A DNA stretch of 28,766 nt from Catajapyx aquilonaris. Its lineage: Eukaryota. The notes beneath the pieces are model-generated. The model was given only the letters and a program-made list of their open reading frames with translations. It was not told the DNA's origin and did no database searches. Position 1 is the first letter of the stretch; each line of letters begins with the position of its first letter. The stretch covers positions 124,001 through 152,766 of the forward strand of contig JYFJ02000277.1 of the NCBI GenBank assembly GCA_000934665.2. Reading direction: 5' to 3'. The position numbers were made by a program, and so were the translations under genes. Below are positions 8,965 to 20,158 of the stretch, in pieces.

Positions 8965-11654
8965 CTACCACACATGATCCTCATCCTGTCCTATCGGAAA
9001 CTGGAGAAGGTCAACGTCGTGGTAGAGAAGAAACCCTTTCAGTCTCTCGGGAAGCTCCAACTGGTCTAATGCCCTCTTCAAAAGTTGGCCTTGTCGGAGA
9101 GATCTTGACAATGCGCAGCGAACGGCCCACCTACACATATGCTGCAGGGAAGAGACACAACCTGCGGAGAAAATAATCAGATCAAGATATATTCTGCTGA
9201 AAGTGCCGCCCCTTATGTCCAAAACTAAAGACCAAAGTTGCTCACCCAACTGCTCGTGTAGATGAGCCCAGTCAGCCCTTTCTCTAGTAGCTCCTTCGAC
9301 TGCTTCCTGAAATTTCTTGACCCCTTTCGCACACAAGCAGCTCCCACCGAATTCAACCGCCACGCTGCAAATGGCCTTCATGTGGGCGGCAAACAGCCTC
9401 CGATGGTCCGGTTTAACCACTCTCGCCCCTTCGTCGTCTCCGTTCAACACGGCTGTCCACCTGTCGAGAGTTACAGTTCCATTTAGCAGTGCCGTACAGG
9501 GCAGGGAGTACTTCCGGGTGTATCCGGTCACCTATAAAGAAGCCAGTCCGGCATGGTCCTGGAGAACTTCAGAAGGAATGCCAGGGTTCGGGGGTCGCTT
9601 ATGCTGGCGGCCACAAGCGAATCCGGTGCGCCGAAGGTGTTGTGACGGGAGGTGTAGTCTGGGTCAAGGCCTCTGGACTCCAAGAGGCGTAGGATGGACA
9701 AGTGGAGGGAGTCTGTAAGTCCGTGGCTGTGGTAGTGTCGAATAAATAGGGCCAGAGGAGGCGACGCATCCTGGTGGGTCGGGTTCACCCGCAAGCCTAA
9801 AGAAGGTACGCAAATACGCTTTTACTGGGGTTGCCAGCAGATAACGAGGGCAGAAGGTCCTAAATCACACACTGTACCTGCATCCAAGTACGCCTTGAGA
9901 GCATCAAATCGCGACTGTTGGCCATGAGACCACAGCAGAAGGGTGACGGGCATTGCGTAGTGGTACTTGGCTGCCCTGAACTTCCTCTTCTCAAATAATG
10001 ACTTGAGCGGAGTCACCTCGCTGTGGGTCAGTCGGGTCATGCACATGTCCGAGTCGGGTGAACCGTCAATAGCCTGGTAGCAATCGACAGAAAGGCGGAA
10101 CCCACTTTTGAGCAGGGAAGGAAGAATGTCCTGGCTGGAAACAAAATCCAATGTCACATTTTTACTAGTGATCATAATTACGCAATTACGAATTGACACA
10201 TCATTCCAGGCCTACAAACATTTACTCACTTGTAACGACATGCAATGCAGAGTATGTCTTCAACTTCTTCACATGGCCGACAATTCATGCACATGTATTC
10301 TCTTGCCATTGGCGTCAACTTCTTCAGAAGTATCTCTGCGACCCTGTACAGTCATGAAATTGTTGTTTAACTTAGATTAATTGCTATGTGGCCTATATGA
10401 ATACTAGCCTGTTTTTTCGGGTCCTCACTGCCCAGTGTAGCGGGAGATAACTCCTGCAATCCAGAAGCTCATTACAGTCCGCTCCGGCTTCCAGCAGGAT
10501 CTCTGCACTTTCGTAGGCACCAGACTCCACCGCCATCATAAGAGGAGTCATACCACACAAGTTCCTGCGAATCAATGGAAACAAGTAACAAATGTCGCAA
10601 CATCTACGAAAAGCCTTACTGTGGATCTAGGTCGACATTAGGGTGTCCAACCAGCATGCGAACGCAATCCGCGTCGATGCACATGCTAGCCGCATGATGC
10701 AACGGAGCCTCGCCTTCCGAATTCCTTGCGTTAACGTTCACTCCATGGTCAAACAGCACTTGGAAAATTTTCACATTGCCCTGAGAAAACAATTGGTTAA
10801 AACGGAGCTGGCCAAATTGCACTCGGGTGTGACTCACCACCATACACGCGGCATGAAGGGCTGACTGCTCTCTGTCTGCTTTGGTATTTACGTCATAGCC
10901 ACCTTCCAATAATGACCGTATCAGGCCCACACAGCTGCTCATTACAGCTGAAGAAAAAAACAGAAGTTGAGTACTTCTTTCTACAACTATCTAATTCATG
11001 TACCGATGTACGTACCAAAATGCAATAAAGTCTTATACCCAGGTGGAGATACTAAACGTATTGGTACATTGTCGGATACAAAATCACCTGAAAGTAAAGG
11101 CTCGTTACGTAAAACAGCTTCCACGTTTGAGTACGCAACCCACTTACACATGCTCATAAGTTTGGCTGCACATTTCATGTGATTCCCTTCTATGGCGAAA
11201 AGGAGGGCGTCTTTCGCCACCTCCTTTCCCTCGCTGGTGTTGACATCCAGGTAAGCAGCCATCGCTGTCAGGTCGCCCTGGGTAATCGCAGACGCCAATC
11301 CATCGGGGAGTGCAGGTCTCCTGTAAGACAATTCATTTATAGTAAATCATGCGCACGACTCTTGCGAACAGGTACGTCGCACTTATGCCAGGTTCTTACC
11401 TGACCAAAATTACCAAAGTGTCACTTACTGTGTCAGGCAACAGGGAATAGTAAACAGCTTTCGAAATTTTCTCCTGAGGCTGACCACTTGCGTTACCACT
11501 GGTAAGGTGGGTAAAATAGCCCCAGGCATTTTTTTACTTTTTTAATAAAAAACTGCCGGAAAGATATTCTTTTTTTCTCCCACAATCGACCAGTGATAAG
11601 CAACAAAATGAGGCTCCAAAATAAAAAATAAAAAAGGAGTACCAACCTGTCCAT
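8965..11654 (-). CDS. Ankyrin repeat and SOCS box (ASB-like) protein, 11 exons, about 628 aa
   Basis: Exons 11654-11647, 11498-11400, 11320-11016, 10947-10838, 10780-10620, 10564-10409, 10343-10230, 10134-9878, 9796-9532, 9460-9246, 9161-8965 (1887 nt in frame). Ankyrin motifs TLLHFAV, SALHAAC, APLHHAA, TPLMMAV and LPLHWAV. C-terminal SOCS box SLQHMCRWAVR...LDQLELPERLKGFLLY. The first two exons are less certain. Confidence 0.9.
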
Positions 11655-11814
11655 AACAATGCCCGATTGTTGGGACGAGCATCCAGAGGGTGCAACAATA
11701 GGAGGACCAGGACCAAAGGCTGTGGCCACCGATTACAAGCAAATTGAATGGATAAATTCGCAAGTAAAGAAAATAATATACACAACTACAATCGACGTAA
11801 ATTACATTCAGCTG

Positions 11815-11829
11815 GGCGCCGCCATCTTG
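11815..11829 (-). promoter_or_regulatory. YY1/Pho-like site near the ASB 5' end
   Basis: Minus strand reads CAAGATGGCGGCGCC about 170 bp upstream of the proposed ATG. Confidence 0.6.
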
Positions 11830-12663
11830 TCCAAGACACCCAACAGCTATTTCGCGTAATCTCCAAATATTTTTTTTTACAAAAAAAAAAATCATAAAAA
11901 TAAACCCAAAATGCTTTTTCATAAAATCACATATTTTATGTTCATGTAAAATGGCAGGTATTTAATTATATAAAAAATTTGTAAATGTGTTGAACCTTGC
12001 ATGCGACAGGTGGCTCTACCTGCAATTAATGGTTCTGAGTTCAAACTTTCTCATTGCAGATGAAGATTTTGCATGTACACGGGGGGTCATAACCTACATT
12101 TTTGCAAACCAATCTGAAAAACAATCAGCATTATTATTAAATGAATGTTTTTAGTTTGAAGAATGAAGAAATACGTATTAGTTGGCGAGCTAGGGTATGT
12201 GACGTCACTGTGGCTAAACAGATCGGTGCAGAGGCAGGAAAGCACCCGGCCTGCCTTTGTTATTTTGTTTGTTTGCTTTGTTGGCGCTCCTAACAACGGC
12301 ATCGAACCGCCGCCGCCAGTAAATAAGCCGAATCAAACGACCGCCAGGTGCAGCAGGTGTCTGCTGACGTCACTGTTGTTAGGCAGGAGTGAGAATGCGC
12401 CTTTTAGGCCACGCCCCCTTTTCCCCGCCAATTTAAGAGTGACATTTTGGTACTGAAAAGTGTTGGAATACTTGTTTACATGACAGTAAGGCCTAAACTA
12501 TCTTCCTGTAGCCTACAGTATACACTATCCAATAACACACCAGAGTAAGCCCAATAAGCTTTATTGTAAAAATAAAATCATTTATAAAAAAAACATTAGC
12601 AAAGAGTCGCGTATACATGTAAGGTATACGTTCTGTGTAGATATTGGTTTGCAACTAAAACTA

Positions 12664-15228
12664 TTAATAATGTCGTAGTGAAAAGGTAGGCTGAGGTGCT
12701 CTTGAGTAGGAAGGTCGTGGGCGTGAGATGTTGGCCGGCTTGGTCCTTGCAGCCACCACCTCCATCTGGTCCTTGGAGAGCATTCGAGTCGCCCGGGAGT
12801 TGAACACGCTGCAGTGACCGTTCACGTGGCAGCTCTTCTCGAAAGTGTCCGGGTAGTATCGAGCAGGAGGCACTTTCCACTGGTGGAAAACAATCAACGC
12901 GTACAGGTTAATTAATAATAATATTGCGCAGTAAATACATCAAGCGAACGTACCAAGCCTGTCGGTCCAAAAGTCATGTTCCTGGGGTGCATAGCGTTGA
13001 ACGGAGCCTTGTTCTGGACACCCTTCGTGTATGTAAGTGGCGGGACGATATCGTATGAGGCTGGGGATGGCGCATCAGACGAACTCTGGAAATTGCGACA
13101 GTAAACAGCAGCAGGTTAACATTACGAAAGAATGAATTGAAATGGGCGGGGGACCACACATCAACAACAAAACACGCGTGCCTCAAACAGGGCTCCTGTG
13201 GCCACGATTATCCTGGAGCCGTCACTCTTCTTGAACCTGTCGGACTGTGCCCACCTTCCGATCGCGTCCTTCTTCCGATCTCGGACCATGCTGGGGAAGC
13301 AGCTGGGGATGTTGTACGCGTTCGGAGACACCAGACCTGACGCAGGCACCGTCCTGCTCGACGTGTCTGTCAATGTATATATTGTACAGCTCAAATCATT
13401 TCATGCGAATGCATTTTGGCAACGCTGCTTGGCCCACCCCACCAACTTGGACGTAGTACGATAGCCCACTACCCTGCCACTACCAGTTGGCGCATAGGCT
13501 GATCTAAATGCGTGTGGCTCTATATAAAGAACTGCAACTCACCAAAGTTTTTCGTCCACCTGCACTTCATCTGCATGTTGATGGGTCCGTACCTGCTCTT
13601 CTTGAGGAACTCATCCGTCGGACATGGCAGATTGTACGCCCCTGGTCCTTCCGCGTGGCAAGGGAGCTCCTGGGAGCTGAAGTCCCTGGCCGGTACCTTG
13701 CTGTCCATCGGCGCGAAATTGCTGTGGCCCTGCTTGGGCGTACTGTTGTCCTCCGGCTTGTAGTACAGCCCGGGAGGAGGGGTGTCGTGGCCGGCCTTCT
13801 TTTTAGATGGGAACCTCTCGCCCTTGGCGAAGACGAAGTCCGTCTTGCGCAGGGTGGCCTTCTCGCTCTCCTGCACGTTGTACGTCCCAGGTCCGTTCAT
13901 GCGCAGCTATGGTATAAGGAGACATATGCCATCAGTTAAAAGCGCTTCAGGAAGGAGCGCATTATATTGTTTTACGTTACCATCTCCCTCTTCTCCTCGA
14001 AGGCCTTCCTCAGCCTGAAGGGAGCCAGCATGTCACTGGTGCGGGACTTCAGGGAGTGCTCGATGCCGTACTTGGTGCTGCCCATCTTGTTGGTGCAGGT
14101 CTTCTTCTCGACGCCAGGCAGTCGGAGCCTCTCGTCGTAAGAGCGGAAAGGCGACTTGTTCGGCTTCCTGTGGGGGTCGTAATCCTCCTTCAGGACGTCT
14201 TCTTCGGTCTGGTGGCAATAACGACGATAGTATATACAACCCATTGCCAAAATGTGGCAACACTGCCCGGCCCTCCTCTACACGTTGGTGATGAGTCACC
14301 GCGCGGACAAAGCCCAACAAGGCGGTATAACCAAGCATGTGTCTCACCTCCGTTTGAAGTGAGTCTCAAGAGGAGGTCTTACCAGGTTGTTCAGGTATGG
14401 GTCGAGGTACAGGGTTCCCCAGTAGTCCTTCTGGTACCTCTGTGGAACCGAGGTGAACCTGATGCTTCCGGATGAGAAAGGAGCGCCATAGAACCTCTTG
14501 TCCCTGGTGGTCGACGTCAACACCGACTCCGCTTCTGGGGGATTCTCATGTTGCTAATATATTATAGACGGAATAGACAAGAAAAATCTATTTATTATAT
14601 TTAAAAATGCTGTTAACCTTGCACTACATGCTGGCAAATATAGTATAGACGAGCGCAACCGAGTTCGCACCACAGTTCACGTAGCGCGTAGCGTTGTAAA
14701 TAGTGCACAATGCTGCCGTCCGCTGGAAGAAGACCGTAACTCAATATCCACTGTCACTTGCGGCGAGAAAAAAAGGAGTGGTACCAAAAGCATCCAACAG
14801 ATGGAGGTGGGGTGCCCGTTCCTTTTCCCACTTCCTTCAACGCCACCTCTTGGTGGCTTTCGGAAACACTTTCTTACTTTTCTCGCCGCAAGGGATGTGG
14901 ATTTTGAGTTACGTTTTTTTTCCAGCGGACGTCAGAATGATGGATATTGCACGGTTGGCATATTGTCCATGATTGTGCACTATTATTTCCAACGCTACTC
15001 TTGGGGGGGGGGGGGGACAAAATGGGTAGCATTTGCGACGTTGCCAAGGTTCGGTTGCGCTCTCGTAAAACATTCCTGTAAATAATATAATAGAAATGGC
15101 TTAACCTCACTGTTCCTCAAGTCGAATGACACCCCTGGTTTGGACGACTTCCTGTAGGCCATGGGCTTTCCAGCAGACTCCCATATTGGTCTGGTCGGAG
15201 CGACTGGACCCTTCTTGGTTGTCACCAT
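12664..15228 (-). CDS. LEXM/CIMAP2-like SHIPPO (PGP)-repeat ciliary protein, 7 coding exons, about 472 aa
   Basis: Exons 15228-15106, 14553-14383, 14208-13981, 13906-13543, 13366-13182, 13085-12954, 12879-12664 (1419 nt). Repeats GPGTYN, PPPGLYY, GPGAYN, VSPNAYN, PSPASYD and VPPARYY. KRFYGAPFSSGSIRF resembles the LEXM N-terminus as recalled from memory. Confidence 0.8.
13415..13497 (-). repeat. Dispersed repeat family, copy C (3' half)
   Basis: Minus strand reads ATGCGCCAACT...TATCGTACTACGTCCAAG...GCAGCGTTGCCAAAAT. Confidence 0.8.
14244..14315 (-). repeat. Dispersed repeat family, copy D (internally deleted)
   Basis: Minus strand reads TGACTCATCACCAACGTG joined via a short linker to GCCGGGCAGTGTTGCCACATTTTGGCAAT. 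Confidence 0.8.
14649..15065. mobile_element. Degenerate fold-back/MITE in the first coding intron of the LEXM-like gene
   Basis: Three nested inverted blocks: ACGAGCGCAACCGA / TCGGTTGCGCTCTCGT; TAGCGTTG..ATAGTGCACAAT / ATTGTGCACTAT..CAACGCTA; and CGTCCGCTGGAA..CTTGCGGCGAGAAAA / TTTTCTCGCCGCAAG..TTCCAGCGGACG. Confidence 0.78.
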
Positions 15229-16110
15229 AACTGCTTCGATATGTTGCTCAGGATGCCCTTGTATGAAAAAAAGCAAAGAAATAATAATTGGTCGAAAAGG
15301 GGTGCTTGTGAGAAGGTGGCAGAATTTCATTAATTATTACCTGTAAATTAGCACCTTAGGCGAAGTAGTTGACCGCGTCTTGCCAGCTCGGTTGCAGTTC
15401 CGCGTCTGGACAAGCTCGAACAATCAATCGAGTGTAAATAAAATCGGGTCACCTAGGAGAAACTTATTTTGCACCCCCCACCCCCCTTTCCCCTCTGTGT
15501 GATTTTCCACGGCTCTCTTTTTGCAGCAACAATATATATAGGAAATCTATATCGGGTGATGGTCACTTTTGTAATTCGGGGGGGGTTGTGACTTTCCTTG
15601 ATCGCCAAAAGTGATGGCTTCTCTCACGGAAAGGTTGTAATAGCTTTTTTTGTGTGTGTGTGGAAATTGGGGGGCCTTTCGTGCTGGTAACATGCAACTT
15701 TTGCTTGACTCCTGGTGGATCCGAGATTAGTACGGGATTTTTTTTCTTTTCTTTTTGCAGGCACTATGATTTATTTTGGCAGAGTTGAAGGACAGCTTTG
15801 TGTTAGGGGTAAACTGTCATGCCATTTCATGTCCTGTCACTGTGTTGCTTTTTAAAAAAAGGACATCAAAAAAGTGCCTAATTGGACCGTGTTATGCAAT
15901 AATGTGTCAACCCACAAAAAATGCTAAAATTTACGAAGGCGCGTACTTAATTCCGTTAAAATGAAGCTGGCAAAATCTGCATATACTTCTGCCATAAATG
16001 ACCGAAAAGGACACTTATTCTCAAAACGGGGGTTGACTCATTATTGCATAACACCGTCCAATTTTTTAAAAATTAGACATATAATTTCTCAACTGGTTTT
16101 ATTCGGCATG

Positions 16111-17269
16111 TTACGGTACAGGGGGTTCGATAATCAGGTTCTTCATTTTCGGCGGCTTGGGATCTGAATCACTCGGGAGATATCTGGAGGATATGGTGGG
16201 GAGTGGGTCTGATATTCTGACATCTGGTACAATTGACTCCTCTGGAGCACCTGGAGCGGCTTCAGCAGGAGGACCATAAGCACTCGAACCACCAGAAAAG
16301 GACCCACCACTTCCGACGTGACTGTCCGTTTCCTTCGGAGGACTATGAAAACGGTTTTCTATCGCTCCTGGATCTTTCAGATCCAAGCATATCGCTGGAT
16401 TCTCCAGATCCACATTCTCGCACTCGCCTTCCTCCTCGAACCCCTTGGTTGCCCCAGGAGAGCAGGTGGGGCATCCCTGACCAGTGGTGACCTGCTTGAG
16501 ACATACATATTTGGAGAATTTCCCTTTCAACGTCAAGGCGGACATTCGGTCGCAAGGTCCGCTGCTTCCCTCTCTCAGATGTGATTGCTGGTGCTGGAGG
16601 CAGTGGCTAGGGGCGTTCACGCACTTCAGATCGCCTCCCTTCATGTCCAGGGTTAGTCTTTCTTGCGGACGACAAGGGCCCTATAGGGTGACAAAAGCAG
16701 CAATGTCAAGAGAGGCCAGAAAATGACTGGTACATATACACCCTAAGAAATGTCCGGGTTAAATAACCATGACAAAAGTGATCTTTTTTCCGGGATAAAT
16801 ACAATTAACCCGGACATTTCTTAGAGTGTAGGGCTCGAAAACTGTATTTCTTCAAACAAAAAACACCAAAATTCATATTAAAATTGTGATAATTTTTTAA
16901 TGTGGGTTTGAAAACTGTATAGGCTAGGACCCCCATTGTTTTTTTTTAAATAATAGAGTACATTTTTACCCTAGAGTTGAGCAGGTAGCACTTGCGACGC
17001 GGGACATAGTAGGCATAGATATCTCCAGTAAATTCCTGGAACTTGCATCCAGCTTTGATATGTCGATCCACACCGACCAGCTCCACCTGAAGATGGTTTT
17101 CGCAAGAGGAGCTGACATTATCACTAATTATGCAGCGTGTGGAGGCGTGGTCTATCCTAATGTCTCCTGTCATCTTGCCCATCACCCTGCACCTCTTCAT
17201 CAGCACCTCGGTACAACACAACACCGGAAGCACCAGCACAAGCACTGCAAACAGGTATAAATGTGACAT
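16111..17269 (-). CDS. Secreted cysteine-rich DUF4789-like protein, paralog A, 289 aa
   Basis: Exons 17269-16970 and 16680-16111, phase-0 GT-AG intron. Signal-peptide-like MSHLYLFAVLVLVLPVLCC. CYLLNSR|GPC motif. 14 Cys shared with paralog B. Confidence 0.88.
16739..16828. mobile_element. 90-bp MITE with CAC...GTG ends and TA target duplication
   Basis: TA|CACCCTAAGAAATGTCCGGGTTAA ... TTAACCCGGACATTTCTTAGAGTG|TA. The 24-bp TIRs have 1 mismatch. The termini resemble animal CMC/EnSpm non-autonomous elements. Confidence 0.85.
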
Positions 17270-17919
17270 GCTTCTGTGATATCCCCTGGCCAAAATCTTA
17301 CGACATTGAAAGGCAAAAAAAATTGCCTGCTGGTATATAACTTGCAATTCTCTCCAACCAGAAGGTGACGTGATGATGGGTAATTTTCCCACTCTCTTTT
17401 CCTTCACCTGCTGGACCTTTCTCTTACCGATGAGCGAGATGAGCCCGCAGTATATGCAGGCGGACTCCAATTTAGGTCAAAGACATCTGCCTGCTTATCT
17501 AACCGTACAATGTACTCATCGTATATTATACAATATACTGCGAAGGTAGCGGAAGCTACATATGTCATTTCATTTCCCTTAAGGTTAACAAGCATAATAC
17601 GACGTGACTAAGGTTTGACATTAAACCCCCCCAAAAAATCGGCGCATACAGTATAAATTATACAAGGTGATGTACAGCACTGTAAAAGTTCAAGAGGGCA
17701 CTGTACCCCGCTGTATTTGAGCAACTTCCCAGCTTACCATAAACCAAGCAACCAGCACTAAATCGATGGCCATTGCAAGTATTGCATCAGTGTCAAAAAC
17801 GGCCAAAAATGATGATGATAATAATATAAGATTTATCCAGGAGGCTTTAAAAACTACACAATTTACACTGACAGCGCATTATAATCTTTGTCGCGTCGTG
17901 TGGATCGGATGTATTGTTC

Positions 17920-19194
17920 TTAATTTTGAATTGGGAGGTCAAATTTTGGATGGTTGTGTGGCGGAGGTGGTGGTTGAGAATCGCTTGGAAGATATCGAGA
18001 TCCGGGTTTGTGGGTTGGCCGACGAGTCGTTGTAGTTGTAGTTGGTGGCAGTGGCCTCCTTGAAGTTGTTGTCAGTGGCCTCCTTGAAGTTGTTGTCAGT
18101 GGCCTCCTTGAAGTTGGTGGTTGGGTCCTCGTTTGGGTCCTCCTGGTAGTTGATGAGAAGGGTAATGGAATGTGAGGGATGGATGATGTCCCTGCCTGTG
18201 AGGATGACGGTGGAGGCAACGTGGGAGGCAATGTTCCGATGTGAGGTGCTACTGTTATGTCCTGGTCATCAGCATCCGGGCAGGCCAGAGGGTTCTCGAC
18301 GTCAAAGACGCATGGTGGATCGCCTTGGCGAAACCCTTTGACGTTTCCTGTCAGGCAGTGTGCACCCTTGCATCCCTGGGTCTCGGTCGCTTTGAAGCAG
18401 CTGTGCTTGGAGAAAGTTCCTCTGAGGGTGAAGGTGGACAGGCGGTTGCAAGGTCCATTGCCATCTGCACCATCAGGGTCACCGGAAACTGATGAGCAAT
18501 TACTGGGCTGACAGGTCAGTTGACCTTCAGGGTCAAGGACGAACTGCTCGTTGACACCACATGGACCCTGTAGAGAACAGAGTGAAACCAAACGATTTTA
18601 GAGCTAGTCCACCTATACTCCTATACAGTGTAGCTCTTGGTGTAGCTAATGATTATTAGTTATATTCCTATGGCTGGGCGTGACTTTTATTGTCCCTACG
18701 CGAGTTGACGCATCACCAACGAGCATGTAGTTACCATAGTTATTACCACGTGGGGTGGGAGTAGTGTGCAGAGAGCGCCATCTTGTTATGGCATATCATA
18801 CTACGTTCCAAAGGACCGGGCAGTGTTGTCAAATTTTGGCAAAGTGTTCACTACTAAGTTTTAGTAAACACAATCATACCTTAGTATGGAGTCCGTAGCA
18901 CCTCCGATGTTTCTCCGAGTATGCATACATTTGTCCTGTGAACCCTCTGAATCGACACGAAGCCTTAATGTGTCGATCGACTCCGATCAGATCCACAGCA
19001 TTGCTCGTGGTGCAGTCACTGTCACCACTACGCCCAGCTCTAAAGATGCAATGAGTGGAGAAGTGGTCCAATTTCACTTGTTTGTGGACACCCATCAGTC
19101 GACACCTCTTCATCACCACTACACCTTGTCCTTCCAGAAATCCCCATCCCGTTATTACCACCATCACCAGGACCAGATGATGCTTCCTCAGCAT
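17920..19194 (-). CDS. Secreted cysteine-rich DUF4789-like protein, paralog B, 320 aa, with a Thr/Pro/Arg-rich stalk
   Basis: Exons 19194-18880 and 18567-17920, with the same intron position as paralog A (CYGLHTK|GPC). Hydrophobic N-terminus. Shared MKRCR, GVDRHIKA and SRYLPSDS motifs. Confidence 0.88.
18049..18120. repeat. Coding 24-bp minisatellite, 3 copies (TTTSRRPL)
   Basis: CAGTGGCCTCCTTGAAGTTGTTGT twice plus one variant copy. Confidence 0.95.
18672..18842 (+). repeat. Dispersed repeat family, copy E (diverged, near full length)
   Basis: GGCTGGGCGTGACT...GTTGACGCATCACCAACGAGCATGTA...GTGCAGAGAG...CATATCATACTACGTTCCAAAGGACCGGGCAGTGTTGTCAAATTTTGGCAA. Confidence 0.85.
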
Positions 19195-19241
19195 TTTAGC
19201 TATTAAAGTATACTTATTATATAGGATGCAGTGCATCAGCC

Positions 19242-19249
19242 TTTATATA
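19242..19249 (-). promoter_or_regulatory. TATA box of paralog B
   Basis: TATATAAA on the minus strand about 50 bp upstream of the ATG. Paralog A has TATATA at 17334-17339, a similar position. Confidence 0.6.
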
Positions 19250-20158
19250 ATCCTGCACATTCCAAGCTAAAAGAGCGCCACACTTTCTAGTTCTGCCGCC
19301 CCCGACCTTGACCTGCATGGATGGTAGTCAAAAGGACAAGGCAGACACAAGTCTGCTGGTTGCTTGCCCAGAACAGGTGAAAGCCCAATACGGCGGAGCA
19401 TATTTCACAACAAGGTAGCACCCTACAGCGTGTTTGTAATTCTGATAAGTTGAACTGTTCTGAAACTGAAGAATGCATAATATATCCTGGAAGGTATGCG
19501 TCCCCTCTAACGACCTTGCCTTTTCCTGATATATGTATCCTTGTGCTATGCAACTATCAACACTTCAGCCTTTCTTTTTATCCAGACACTTCGGCGTTGA
19601 CCAGCGAGTAGCCTACTGGTTTGTAGATTCACTGGAAGACAATATTGTATTGGTATCGAGTCCGTAGCCTCTTTGATCATCACTCTGCAGTGTCTACACT
19701 AATTTTTTCGTGATTATTTCAAACCCTACAAAACTATCATGCACACTAAACTGCTTCTGCTATAGATAGTTACATAGCTAGGATAAATAATTACATTTAC
19801 AGCAGTATAGAAATCAGAAGTGAATCATGCACATTTATACGGTGTCTGCAAGGTATTCGTGTTTTAGGATGCATACCTGCAATTCTTGACCTGATTTAAA
19901 ATCACTGTAAATTGTAAATTAAAGGTCAGAGTGTATAAGTTATCAGCAATAATTTGGAGTCGTATGGGCCTTGGATTCCATTGGTACGTGAATAACAAAG
20001 TCATTTTGGGATGTGCTGGTCCTACTGTTAGGTGCCATTATTCATTAATATTCATCATTATTAACTTGTAATGGTTTATTACACCGCGAGTTTTTCCTAG
20101 CCTATAAAACAACCCCCTTTGGTGTGTTGTCAATTTTCAATATTTCAGATGCAGCTGT

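Noticed and set aside
12289..12294. CCTAAC as a telomerase RNA template for TTAGG repeats
   Set aside because: Only 6 nt long, buried in a predicted stem, and no other telomerase RNA features were recognised.
15737..15815. Strong plus-strand acceptor followed by an ATG
   Set aside because: The ORF stops after 7 codons and no linked exons were found.
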